Shown here piece by piece: positions 48,250 to 60,436 of a stretch of 64,000 bases of DNA; position 1 is the stretch's first letter; each line of letters starts with the position of its first letter. A program made the position numbers and the translations under genes. Below the pieces are notes generated by a model that saw only the letters and a list, made by a program, of their open reading frames with translations, was not told where the DNA came from and did not search any database. Location of the stretch: the NCBI RefSeq assembly GCF_009914755.1, contig NC_060928.1, one strand, 5' to 3'. This DNA comes from the human T2T-CHM13v2.0 reference genome, Homo sapiens.

Positions 48250-49316
48250 TGCCAGAATTCCTAAGAACATCTCAGAATTGATGATGTACTAGATTTGATG
48301 ATTTACTAGAAGTACTCACAGGACCTAGAAAAACTCTTATATTCATGGTTACTTTTTATTATAGTGTATTAACCAGGGTTCTCCAGAGAAACAAACAGAC
48401 CAAATAGGGTATATGTAATATATCCTAGGATATATCCAGGAAAGCTGATGCCATAATTTTAGTCTAAATTTGAAGGCCTTGGAACCAGGAGGAACCAATA
48501 GTAAAATTCCCAGTTCAGTTCAAGGTCAGGGGAAGACTAATTTCTCAGCTCAAGCAGGCAAACAGAAAACAAAAGGGGCAAATTCTTCCTTCTTCTGCCT
48601 CTTTGTTCTATTCAGACCCTCAATGAATTGGATGGTGCCCATGCACACTGGTGAGGGAAATGTACTTTCTTCAGTCTACCCATTCAAATGTTAATGTCAT
48701 CCAGGAACACCCTTGCCTCACAGACATACCCAGAAATGTTTAATCTGTGCACCCCATGGCACAGTCAAGTTGACACAAAACATTTTTCACCCCATAAAAT
48801 GAAATAATGTAAATTAAAATTAGCAAAGGGGAAGGGCACATCAGGAAAAGTACAGAAGAAACCAGGCACAAGCTTGCAGGTGCCTTCTTCAAGTAGAGTT
48901 GCACAGACACCCTCAATTCTTTTGTAATTATGTGTAACAAAACATAGCAAGTATTGCTAACCAGGGAGCTTACTCCTTTTTCGGCATTCAGGGTTTTTAT
49001 TGCAGGTTAGTCACTTAGGTATTCAGTACCTGTGTAACTGATCTCAGCGTCTCAGAGTCCAAACTTCCAGAACATAAACAGGCATTCACCATAGATTACA
49101 TTGTTGGTGTAAGCTGTCTTATCAAATTGATACAGCCTGGCCCAAGACCTCAGGCATACAAGAATACTCTTATCAGAAATATATATATATATTCATTCCA
49201 AGTTACACAGAGCCAGGATCCTGTTAAGAGCCAGTCCTAAAGAGAGGCCATTTTTGGGAATCTGCAGGATTTGTGCAACCTAGGCCTCATGGGTTATTAT
49301 TATTATTTTTAACACA
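48250..49316 (-). mobile_element. MER77/MER21-family LTR interrupted by MLT2
   Basis: 'gatttactagaagtactcacaggacc...aattaaaattagcaaagggga...aaaccaggcacaagctt...ggcccaagacctcaggcatacaagaatactcttatcag'. Confidence 0.7.
48365..48795 (-). mobile_element. MLT2 (B/C-type) solo LTR
   Basis: 'tgtattaaccagggttctccagagaaac...cattcaaatgttaat...cagtcaagttgacaca'. Confidence 0.85.
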
Positions 49317-50863
49317 GGGTTTTGAACATATTGTTTATAGTCATTTTAAATTACTTGCCTGATAATTCCAATATCTGAGTGATACCCTAGTCTGGCTCTA
49401 ATGACTACTTTGTCTTTTGAAACTGTGTCTTTTTGTTCTTTGCTTTTTGGAATGCCTTGTAATTTTTTAATCTCTTTGGATATTAAGAGATTAAAAAATT
49501 GGCAATCCAACGTTTTGTGGAATCAGTTTGTCCTAAAACCTCAGCTTTGTGATGGGATCAAAAATATCACTAGTTTTTAGTTATTCCATCTTTCTCTTAA
49601 GTACAGGAGGAACAACTTCTAAGATCTTTATGTGCTGAAACCAAAACCAGAAATCTATTCACTTATTTCTTAGAGAATAATTACAGTGTCAGTCCCAGAA
49701 AAACAGAAGATAGCTTACCTGGAGTTTTAGGTAGATACAAGTGGTGAAAGGAGAATTATAAATGTTGGTGAACTGAAAGAAAAAGGGATACACAACATGG
49801 AAAATGGAATAATTCTTATTTTTCACTAATTTTTAAAGATTGGCAGATTAAAGAAAGCCTAGTCAGAAAATTCAAATCAGGAAATAGCCGCCTGCCTAAT
49901 TTCAATGTCTGGAACAGATTGTTGCCATTTAGCTACTAAGTTCTTCAAAGATCAACTGACTGCAATTATATTGTTTAGAATATAAATGTGTGAAAGTGGA
50001 TTTTTAAAAGTTAGATTTTGACCTATTATTTCTTTCACCTCTGGAAGCATTAAATGTTAACATCACTTAGTTAATTCTACTTGAAAGTGTAGCTTAAGAT
50101 AGAAGGGAGGATTTACATATGCATCCATACCCCCAGTGTGGAGAATCAGAGGTGACAGTGTTGTGGTGTGGACTGAAAGAGGGCTCTACCATTTTTTAAA
50201 GTTCTTATTGGATTAGACAGCCATTCTTTCAATTTTTCTCTGAATTTTGATGCCAGAGAGATCCACATGTGTATTGGGGAACACACTGAGTTTTCTTGCA
50301 CCTGTGATTTCCTAGCCAAGAATATGAACACCTTCAAAGCTCAAATCACTGTGATTTGAGCATTTCTGAAAATGGCTAATGACTACATCTTCAATAAAAG
50401 AACAGTTACCTATTCACATAAAATAAGAGGCCAGAACTGAAATTAATTGAGAAATGCCAAATGTATCTTTAAAATGTATCCAGATGGTTTTCGTTAAGGA
50501 TTTAATTATCATGTGGATCAATGATGGATAACAACGTGTATAATCACTAATGTACTCAACCTCATAAATATATTAAAACATGTAATACTACTTCATTAAT
50601 GATTACTAATTATTAAATCTGTAAAAAGTATTATTAGAAACTTAAATGCCACTAATAAGCAATCTAATATACACATAGGAGCAAGAAAAACAAACCAGGA
50701 AATATATCTTTATTAATTTGCTGATAGCTTGGTGAAGGACTAGTAAAGGTAGTTATTATCTATTTGATCTTTGCTTAGGACAGAGAAAGAGTATACAAGA
50801 AGACTATAGGTGACACTGGTTTAGCAATATTGCTGGAGAATCAATCAGGGCAACCTTTTTTCA

Positions 50864-50892
50864 TGTGTGTGTTTGTGTGTGTGTGTGTGTGT
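50864..50892. repeat. (TG)n microsatellite
   Basis: Seen directly. Confidence 0.9.
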
Positions 50893-51009
50893 AGACACCA
50901 CAAATTTCTGTGGAGAATTAAATTCCTAACACATGAGGTTTAAATTGCAGTAAAATATCTGATTAAAGCATACATTTCAAAGGATGTTGACAATGTGTGA
51001 TTCCCTATT

Positions 51010-51170
51010 TAATGGTGTGTTGGAATTGGCTTTACCTGGCTCATAATACCTGACTGATAAATTTTCAAGAATTTTTGAGGCAGTTGTTAAACTTATGGTA
51101 CCTTGAAATTGTCCATGGTGGGGTGATTTACATCACAGAAATCAGCAACCTCTATATATTGAGAATTTTC
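51010..51170. mobile_element. MER63 (hAT-Blackjack) fragment
   Basis: 'ggtgtgttgga...taaattttcaagaattttt...gttgttaaac...cttgaaattgtccatggtgggg..atttacatcacagaaatcagcaa'. Confidence 0.65.
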
Positions 51171-52747
51171 AACTTTTATCCCCGTGTGTTGCCTTAGTAG
51201 GGCCCCACGGCAGATTCCCTTCTTTTGCCACACTGGTTGAACAACCAGGTACCTAGTGTCTACTAATTGAAAAAGTCTCTGTGCCACTAACTAAAGGTGA
51301 AAAAAGAGCTAATTTTTAGTGGTCTTAAATAAAACTGGGAAATGTTGTTTTTCACTCTTCTTCCTATGCCCTTGTTTGTAAGTCCAAATGTACCTTCCAA
51401 GTCTCTGAGCTGTATGAAGACAAAGGTTGAGCAAGTAAATTATGTGTAGAATTTAGACTTTTTAAGCCCTCTTATTTTAAACATAATTTGAATTATCCTA
51501 CCAATGTACAGAATTGGTATTTTTTTAATGTCAAATAACTGAGAACTGTTATACCCATAAGTTGCAATTGTCATTATTTCAATGTAGAGCAGGTAATGTG
51601 AGGAATATTAGTTTATAAAATAAAATAAAATAAAATAAAACAAAATATGTAAGTGCAATGAAACTCATAATTCTTAAAGAACTAATTTGCTTAATCTCAT
51701 TAGAAATTAGATATGAATGAAACAAGCCAATCAATAGCATGCCCTTTATACTTATATGGAAAGAATTCAAAATCAGTTGTAGTTTTCTACATGTGAATTT
51801 CAAGTCACAAATAAAGGTAAAATTTAGACTCCTAAACAATAGCTGGAATTTTAAACTTTGGAAATCTTTATGTCAGAACCCACAAACTTCAGCTTTTTAT
51901 ATTTTTGTCTGTAACTGTAATTGTGAGTATATTTGGCATCTGCATGCATTTTTATCATGCTCCATGTTGTTAAACATACAAGGAAATTATTTAAATTTCT
52001 ACAGAGGGCTTCTGTGTTTAGGAATTGTTTCAGCTCATGGTGCCGAATGTTGCAAACCGTATATGTGGAATTTGTGGTGGCCAAGGCTTTTTACTTATTT
52101 GTGTGTGTGTGTCTTTGTTAACTAAGTTAGACTACAGAATGATCCATTTTTGGATCATCAGAAATGAATGCTATGTGTCAAAACTTGATTGGGTCCTGCA
52201 GTTGAGGGAAAGGAAAAAAATCAGTGATAAGCTGCTAAAGTTATTACCTTAGAAAGTCAATTATCTGCTGTGAGGTAACAACAGTGAACAATTTTCTGGA
52301 AATATGAGAGAGAACAGCAGTAAGAAAAGATTAACAAAGCAGTTAGCACAGTATTGATTAGGCCTCCAACTAGCAAATTTAAGCCTGGATCTTGCTAAAA
52401 AGGAGAAAAAGTCAACTTACCCAAATAATAGTTTAATGACTATTTGATGAGAAAAATTTTGAGACATTGGATCATATTATTTGGTATAGCGCTACATAAG
52501 CTGACCACAACATAAATCAGACATACAGGAACATACCCATATACATGTTTTGATTTTTAAAATTTTTCTAATTCTAGTAATTATTTATACTGTAATATAT
52601 GCTTAGCATAAGGAATATTTATTTTATTTAATATGTCCTCATTGTCGGTAAAAGTAAAAGAGGTAATGTGAGGTATCTTATGTTAATATGTAAGAAAATA
52701 GCAAACAACTACATCTCTACATACATGAAGTCTAGTGCATAGATACA

Positions 52748-54193
52748 TTAGGTTGGTGCAAATATAATTGCAGTTTTTTTTGCATTGTTGAAATTTGCCG
52801 TTTGACATTGGAACACATTCTTAAATGTGGTTATGTTATACATCATTTTAATATGGTAATCTTATATACCATTTACTGCTGTTTGGGTTACTGTAGCCCT
52901 GTAATATGGTATCAAGTTGGGTAGCATGATGACTCCAGCTTTGTTCTTCTTACACAGGAGAAAACAAAACAAAACATAGAAAGTAATTGAGGTTTTTGCA
53001 TTCTTATAATTTACCACTTGATATTGGAATACATTCTTAAGTAAATGCGGTTATGTTATACATCATTTTAATGTGCGTTTCTCACTTTATTTTTTGGCTA
53101 TTGATTTATTACTTTCTGTTTATCTAATATTTATTTTGAACTATGGACATGATGTTATAAAAAAAGCAAATTTGAGCGATTTTCTTATTTGAGTACAAAA
53201 TGGGTTGTAAAGCAGCAGAGACAACTCACAACATCAACAATGCATTTGGCCCAGGAACTTCTAATAAACATACAGTGCAGTGGTGGTTCAAGACGTTTTG
53301 CAAAGGAGACTAGAGTCTTGAAGATGAAGAATGTAGTGGCCGACAATTAAGGAACAATTGAAAGCAATCATTGAAGCTGATCCTCTTAGAACTACATGAG
53401 AAGTTGCTGAAGAACTGAATGTCAACCATTCTATAGTCATTTAGCATTTGAAGCAAATCAGAAAGGTGAAAAAGCTTGATAAATGAGTGCCTCCTGAACT
53501 GAGTGAAAAATCAAAAAGATGGTCATTTCGAAGTGCCATCTTCTCTTATTCTATGCAACAACAACAAACCATTTCTCAATTGGAATGTCACATGCGACAG
53601 TGACAACCAGCTCAGTGGTTGGACAGAGAAGAAGCTCTAAAGCACTTCTTGAGCCAAATTTGCACCAAAAAAAGGTCATGCTCACTGTTTGGTGGTCTGC
53701 TGCAGGTTTGATCCACTACAGCTATCTGAATCCCAGTGAAACCATTACATCTGAGAATTAATGGTTTCTGAGAAGCATGCTCAGCAAATCAGTGAGATGC
53801 ACCAAAAACTGAAACACCGCAGCTGGCATTGTTCAACAGAAAGGGCCCAGTTCTTCTCCATCACAATGCCTGACCACACGTCACACAACACCTCATCTGC
53901 AGTATTCACCTGACCTCTCACCAACCGACTATCACTTCTTCAAGCATCTCAACAACTTTTTACAGGGAAAATGCTTCCACAACCACCAGGATGCAGAAAA
54001 TGCTTTCTAAGAGTTCCTTGAATCCTGAATCATGGATTTTTATGCTACAGAAATAAACAAACTTCTTTCTCATTGGAAAAAAATGTGTTGATTGTAATGG
54101 TTCCTATTTCAAGTAATAAAGATGTGTTTGAGCCTTGTTATAATAATTTAAAATTCATAGTCCAAAACCACAATTACTTTTGCACCAATTTAT
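52748..54193 (+). mobile_element. Hsmar1 mariner transposon, near full length, with duplicated 5' end
   Basis: TIRs 'ttaggttggtgcaaa' (52748) and 'caattacttttgcaccaa' (54171-54188); internal transposase sequence. Confidence 0.95.
53143..54118 (+). pseudogene. Hsmar1 transposase pseudogene
   Basis: Fragments KMGCKAAETTHNINNAFGPG, *VPPEL (WVPHEL motif), PNLHQKKVMLTVWWSAAGLIHY, YSPDL; multiple stops and two internal deletions. Confidence 0.9.
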
Positions 54194-57100
54194 AAACAAA
54201 TAAAATAATCTTATTTTTCATATTTTTGTCTTCTTGATAATGTGTTAATCATCAATCAGATAATTTTTTTCATTTATATTTTAAATTCAGGGGCACACGT
54301 GCAGATTTGTTACATAGATAAACTTGTGTCATGGGGGTTTGTTGTACAGATTGTTCCCTCACCCAGGTATTAAGCCTAGTATTCATTAGTTATTGTTTCT
54401 AATCCTCTCCTTCCTTCCACTTTCCACCCTCCACCCTCCAATAGTCCCAGGTGTGTGTTTTGTTTCTCTATGTATCCATGTGTTCTCATCATTGAGCTCC
54501 CACTTATAAGTGAGTACATGTGGTATTAGTTTTCTGTTCCTGCATTAGTTTGCTAAGGATAATGGCTTCCAGCTCCATTTTTGTCCCTATAAAGAACATG
54601 ATCTTGTTCTTTTTAAGGCTGTGTAGTATTCCATGGTGTATATGTACCACATTTTTTTATCCAGTCTTTTATTGATGGGCAGTTGGGTTGATTCCATGTC
54701 TTGGCTATTGTGAATAGTGCTACAATAAACATATGTGTCTATGTGCCTTTATAATAAAATGATTTATATTCCTTTGGATATATGCCCAGTAATGGGATTG
54801 CTGGGTTGAATGGTATTTCTGTCTTTGGGACTTGAGGAATTGCTACACTGTCTTCCACAGTGGTTGAATTAATTTACACTACCACCAACAGTGTATAAGC
54901 ATTCCTTTTTCTCCACAACCTCACCAGCATATGTTATTTTTTCTCTTTTTAACCATTCTGACTGTTGTGAGATGGTAAATCACTGTGCTTTTGATTTGCA
55001 TTTCTCTAATGATCAGTGATGTTGAGCTGTTTTTTCATATGATCGTTGGCCACATGTACATCTTCTTTTAAGAAGTGTCTGTTCATGTATTTTGCCCACT
55101 TTTTAATGGAGTTGTTTTTCTTTGAATTTGTTAAGTTCCTTATAGATACTGAATATTAGCTTTTTCCCAGATTCATATTTTGCAAATTTTTTCTCCCATT
55201 CTGTAAGCTGTTGGTTTACTCTCTTGATAGTGTCTTTTGCTGTACAGAAACTCTTTAGTTGAATTAGAACTCATTTGTCAATTTTTGCTTGTGTTGCAAT
55301 TGCTTTTGGCATCTTCATCATGAAATCTTTGCCTGTCCAATGTCCAGGATGGTATTGCCTAGGTTGTCTTCCAGGATTTTTAGAGTTTTGGGTTTTACAT
55401 TTAAGTCCTTAATCCATCGTGAGTTGATTTTTGTACATGGTGTAAGGAAAGGCTCCAGCTTCAATCTTCTGCATATGGCTAGCCAGTTGTCTCAGCACCA
55501 TTTATTGAATAGTGAATTGTTACCCATTGTTTGTATTTGTCAGGTTTGTTGAAGATCAGATAATTGTAAGTGTGCAGCCTATTTTTGCATTCTCTATTTT
55601 TGTTCCTTTGGTATATGTGTCTGGTTTTGTACCAGTACCATGCTGTGTTGGCTACTGTAGCCTTGTAGTATAGCATGAAGTCTGGTAGAATAATGCCTCC
55701 AGAGTTGCTCTTCTTGCACAGGATTGCTTTAGCTATTCAGGTTCTTTTTTGCTTCCAAATGAGTTCTAAAATAGTTTTTTTTCTAATTCTGTGAAGAATG
55801 CCAGTGGTAATTTAATGGGAATAGCATTGAATCTACAGATTGCTTTGGGCAGTGTGGCAATTTTAATGATATTGATTCTTCCTATTCATGAGCATGGAAT
55901 GTTTTTTCATTTGTTTATGTCATCTCTGATTTCTTTGAGCAGTGGTTTGTTGTTCTCCTTGTCGAGATATTCCACTTCCCTTGTTAGCTGTATTCCTGAT
56001 ATTTTATTCTTTTTGTGGCAATTGTGAATGGGAGTTCATTTGTGATTTGTCTCTTGGCTTGACTGTTTTTTTGTGTATAGGAATGTTAGCTATTTTGCAC
56101 ATTGATTTTGTATCCTGAGACTTTGCTGAAGTTGCTTATCACGTTAAGAATTTTTTGAGCTGAGATGATGGAGTTTTCTAGATATAGGATCATGCCATCT
56201 TCAAAAAGGGATATTTTGACTTCCTCTCTTTCTATTTGAATGCCTTTATTTCTTTTCCTTGCTTGATTGCTCTGGCCTGAACTTCCAATACTATGTTGAA
56301 TAGCAATGGTAAGAGAGAGCATCATTGTCTAGTGCTGGTTTTCCAAAAAAAAAAAAAAAAAAAAAAAATGCTTCCAGCTTTTGCCCATTCAGTGTGATAA
56401 GGCTTTGGGTATGTCATAGATAGCTCTTATTATTTTGAGGTATGTTCCTTCAATATTTAGTGTATTGAGAGTTTTTAACATGAGATAATGTAGAATTTCA
56501 CTAAAAACCTTTTCTACATCTATTGTGATAATCGTATGATTTTTGTCTATAGCTCTGTGTGATGAATCACATTTATTAATTTGTGTATGTTGAACCAACC
56601 TTGCACTCCTGGAGTGAAGCCTACTTGAACGTGGTGGATAAGTTTTTGATGTGCTGCTGGATTCAGATTGCCAGTATTTTGTTGAGGACTTTTGCACTGA
56701 TGCTCATCAAGAGTATTGGCCTAACGTTTTCTTTTTTTGTTGTATCTCTGCCAGATTTTTGTATTAGAATGATGCTGGCCTCATAGAATGAGTTAGGGAA
56801 GAGTCTCTTCTTTTCAATTTTTTGGAATAGTTTCAGTAGGAATGGTACCAGCTCTTCTTTTTGCATCTGATAGAATTCAGCTGTGAATACATCTGGTCCT
56901 GGTCTCTTTTTTGTTGCAAGGCTATTTATTACTGCCTCAACTTCAGAACTCTTTATTGGTCTGTTCAGACACTCAGTTTCTCACTGGTTCAATCTTGAGA
57001 TAGTTTATGTTTCTAGGAATTTATTTATTTCTTTTAGATTTTCTAGTTTATGTGCACAGAGCTATTCATATTATTCCCTGATGGTTATCTGTATTTCTGT

Positions 57101-58070
57101 GGGGTCAGTGGTAATATGTACTTTGTTGTTTCTAATTGTATTTATTCTCTCTTTTCTTATTAGTCTAGATAGCAGTCTATCTTAGCCATTAAAAAAAAAA
57201 GAACTCTTGGTTATGTTGATCTTTTAAATTATTTTGTGTCTCAGTCTCCTTCAGTTCAGCTCAGATATTGGTTATTTATTGTCTTCTGCTACCTTTGAAG
57301 TTCAGTTTATCTTGGTTCTCTAGTTCTTTTAGTTGTAATGTTGGTTTGTTAATAGAGTTCTTTCTACTTTTTTGATGTGGGCATTTAGTGCTATAAATTT
57401 CACTCTTAACACTACCTTAGTTGTGTCCCAGAGATTCTAGTGTGTTGTATCTTTGTTCTCAATCATTTCAACAAACTTCTTGATTTCTGTCTTAATTTCA
57501 TTATTTACTCAAAAGTCATTCAGGAGTAGGCTTTTCAATTTCCATGTAATTGTAAGGTTTTGAGAGAATTTCTTAGTCTTGAGTTCTAATGTGATTGTGC
57601 TGTGGTCTGGGAGACTTTGTTATAATTTCAGTTCTTTTGCATTTTCTGAGGAGTGTTTTATTTCTGATTATGTGAGTGATTTTACACTAAGTGCATTGAC
57701 AATGAGAAGATTGTATATTCTATTGCTTTTGGATGTAGAGTTCTCTAGATATCTGTCAGGTCCATTTGATCCAGAGTTGAGTTCTGGTCCTGAAGATCTT
57801 TGTTAATTTTCTTTCTCAATTATCTGTCTAACATCGTCAGTGGGGTTTCAAAGTCTCCCACTATTATTGTGAGGGAGTATAAGTCTCCTTTAGGGTCTAC
57901 CATAACTTGCTTTATGAATTTGGGTGCTCCTGTGTTGGGTGCATGTATATTTAGGATGGTTAGATCTTCTTATTGAATTCAACCCTTTACCATTAGGTAA
58001 TGCCCTTCTTTGTCTTTTTTGATCTTTGTTGGATTAAAGTTTGTTTTGTCAGAAACTAGGATTGCAACAA

Positions 58071-60436
58071 TGATATGGTCTGGCTTTCTGTCCCCACCCC
58101 AAATCTCATCATAAATTCTATCCCCCATGTATCTAGGAAAAGACCGGATGGGAGATGACTGGATTCAGTGGATGGTTTGCCCCCTGCTGTTCTCATGATG
58201 GTAAAGGAGTTCTGACAAAATCTGATGGCTTTAAAAGCGGCAGGTTTATTTTTTCCTGCACTCTTTCTCTCTCTCCTGCTGTTGCTGTGTTCCTTGCTCT
58301 GTGCCTTGCTTCCCTTCACCTTCTGCCATGATTGTTAAGTTTCTGGAGGCCTCCTTAGCCATGTGGAACTTTGAGTCAAACCTCTTTTGTATATAAATTA
58401 TCCAGTCTCAAGTAGTATCTTTATAGCAGTGTGAAATGGAATAATACAGATAATTGGTACCAAGGTGGTGGGGTATTGCTATAAAGATAACCTGAAGACG
58501 TGGACGCAACTTTGGAACTGGGTAACAGGCAGTGGTTGAAACAGTTTGGATGGCTCAGAAGAAGATAGAAAGGTGTGAGAAAGTTTGAAACTTCCTAGAG
58601 ACTTGTTGAATGGTTTTAACCAAAATGTTGATAGTGATATGGACAATGAAGTCTAGGCTGAGGTACTCTCAGATGGACATGAGGAACTTCTTGGAAATTG
58701 GAGCAAAGGTCACTCTTGCTATGTTTTAGAGAAGAGACTGGTGGCCTTTTGCACCTGCCCTAAAGTTCTATGGAACTTCCAACTTGAAAGAGAAGGTTTA
58801 GGGTACCTTGAAAAAGAAATTTCTACACAACAAAGCATTCAAGAAGTGACTTGGCTTTTCCTGAAGGCATAGTAACATGTGTTTACAAAGAGATTATTTG
58901 GAATTTAAATTTATGTTTAAAATGAAAGCAGACCATAAAGGTTTGGAAAATTTGCAGCCTGGTCATGTGGTATAAAAGAAAAATCCATCTACTATGGAGA
59001 AATTCAAGAAAGCTGCAGAAATTTGCATAAGTAATGAGCAGCTGAATGTTAATTGCCAAGACAATAGAAAAAATGTCTCCAGGGCCTATCAGAGGCCTTC
59101 ATGGCAGCCCTGCAATCACAGGCCTGCAGGCCTAGGAGAGAGAAATAATTTCATGGGCCAGGCCCAGGGCCTAGCTTCTCTGTTCAGCCTTGGAACTTGG
59201 TGCCCTATTTCCTAGCTGTTCCAGACCCAGCCATGGCCAAAAGGGCCCAAAGTGTAGCTTGGGCCATTGCTTCAGAGGGTGCAAGCCCCAAACCTTGGTG
59301 ATTCCTATGTGATGTTGGGTCTACGGGTGTGTAGAAGATAATAGTTGAGTTTTGGGAACCCCAACCTAGACTTCAGAGACTGTATGGAAATGCATGGATG
59401 TCCAGGCATCAGTCTGCTGCAGGGCTGGAGCCCTCATGGAGAACCTCTGCTAGGTCAGTATGGAAAGAAAATATAGTGTTGGAACTGCCAAACAGAGACA
59501 TCACTGGGGAACTGCCTATGGAGCTGTGAGAAGAGGGCCACCATCTTCCAGACCACAGAAAGTAAGATCCACCACCAGCTTGCATAGTGTGCCTAGAAAA
59601 GTCACAGGCTCTTAACACCAGCATACAAAAGCAGCCACAGGGGCTGCACCCTGCAGAGACACAGGGTGAAGCAGCCCAAGTCCTTGGGAGTCAACCTCTT
59701 GTATCACCATGCCCTGGATGTGAGACATGTTGTCAAATAAGATCATTTCAAGAGCTTTAAGATTTAATGCCAACCCTGCTGGGTTTTGGACTTGTATGGG
59801 GCATTCGACCCCTTTGTTTTGGGCAATTTCTTCCATTTGAAGTGGGGACGTTTACCCAATGCCTGTAACCCCAAGCTAGTTATTTGGAAATAATTAACTT
59901 GTTTTTGATTTTGCAGGCTCATAGGCAGAAGGAAATTTCCCTGTCTCAGATGACACTTTTGACTTGGACTTTTGAGTTAATAGTGGAATAAGTTAAGACT
60001 TTGGGAGACTATTGGGAAGGCATAATTGGTTTTGAAATGTGAAAAAGACATGAGATTTGGTAGGGGTTAAGGGCAGAATAATATGGTTTGGCTCCATGTC
60101 CCCACTAAAGTCTCATCTCAAATTGTATTCCCCATGTGTAGAGGCAGAGACCTGGTGGGAGGTGAATGGATCATGGAAGCAGTGTCCCCCATGATATTCT
60201 CATGATAGTGAGGGAGTTCTCAAGAGATATGATTTTAAAAGTGGCAGTTTTTTCCTGTGCTCTCTCTCCTGCTGCCATGTAAAATGTGTCTTCTACCCAT
60301 TTTTCTTCCACCATAATTGTAAGTTTTCTGAGGCCTCCCCAGCATGAAGAATTTTGAGTCAATTGAACCTCTTTTGCTTATAAATTACCCAGTCTCAAGT
60401 AGTATCTTTATAGCAGTGTGAAAATGTACTAATACA
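58071..60436 (+). mobile_element. Complete THE1D MaLR provirus: 5' LTR 58071-58448, internal 58449-60078, 3' LTR 60079-60436
   Basis: Two related LTRs (TGATATGG/TAATATGG...AATACA); internal starts 'gataattggtacc'; polypurine tract before 3' LTR; L1 ORF2 resumes after 60436. Confidence 0.92.

Larger units (their letters stand above)
47905..49470 (-). mobile_element. Old L1MC/MD ORF1 region (47905-48243 and 49320-49470) split by LTRs
   Basis: 'tattcaagttcccagatgcttttctc...gtccactgatggacc..tcaaagacat' resumes with 'tcattttaaattacttgcctgataattccaatatctg'. Confidence 0.6.

Noticed and set aside
51579-52252. Overlapping 62-128 aa ORFs in unique DNA
   Set aside because: No recognisable domain, composition typical of AT-rich non-coding DNA, no convincing splice sites
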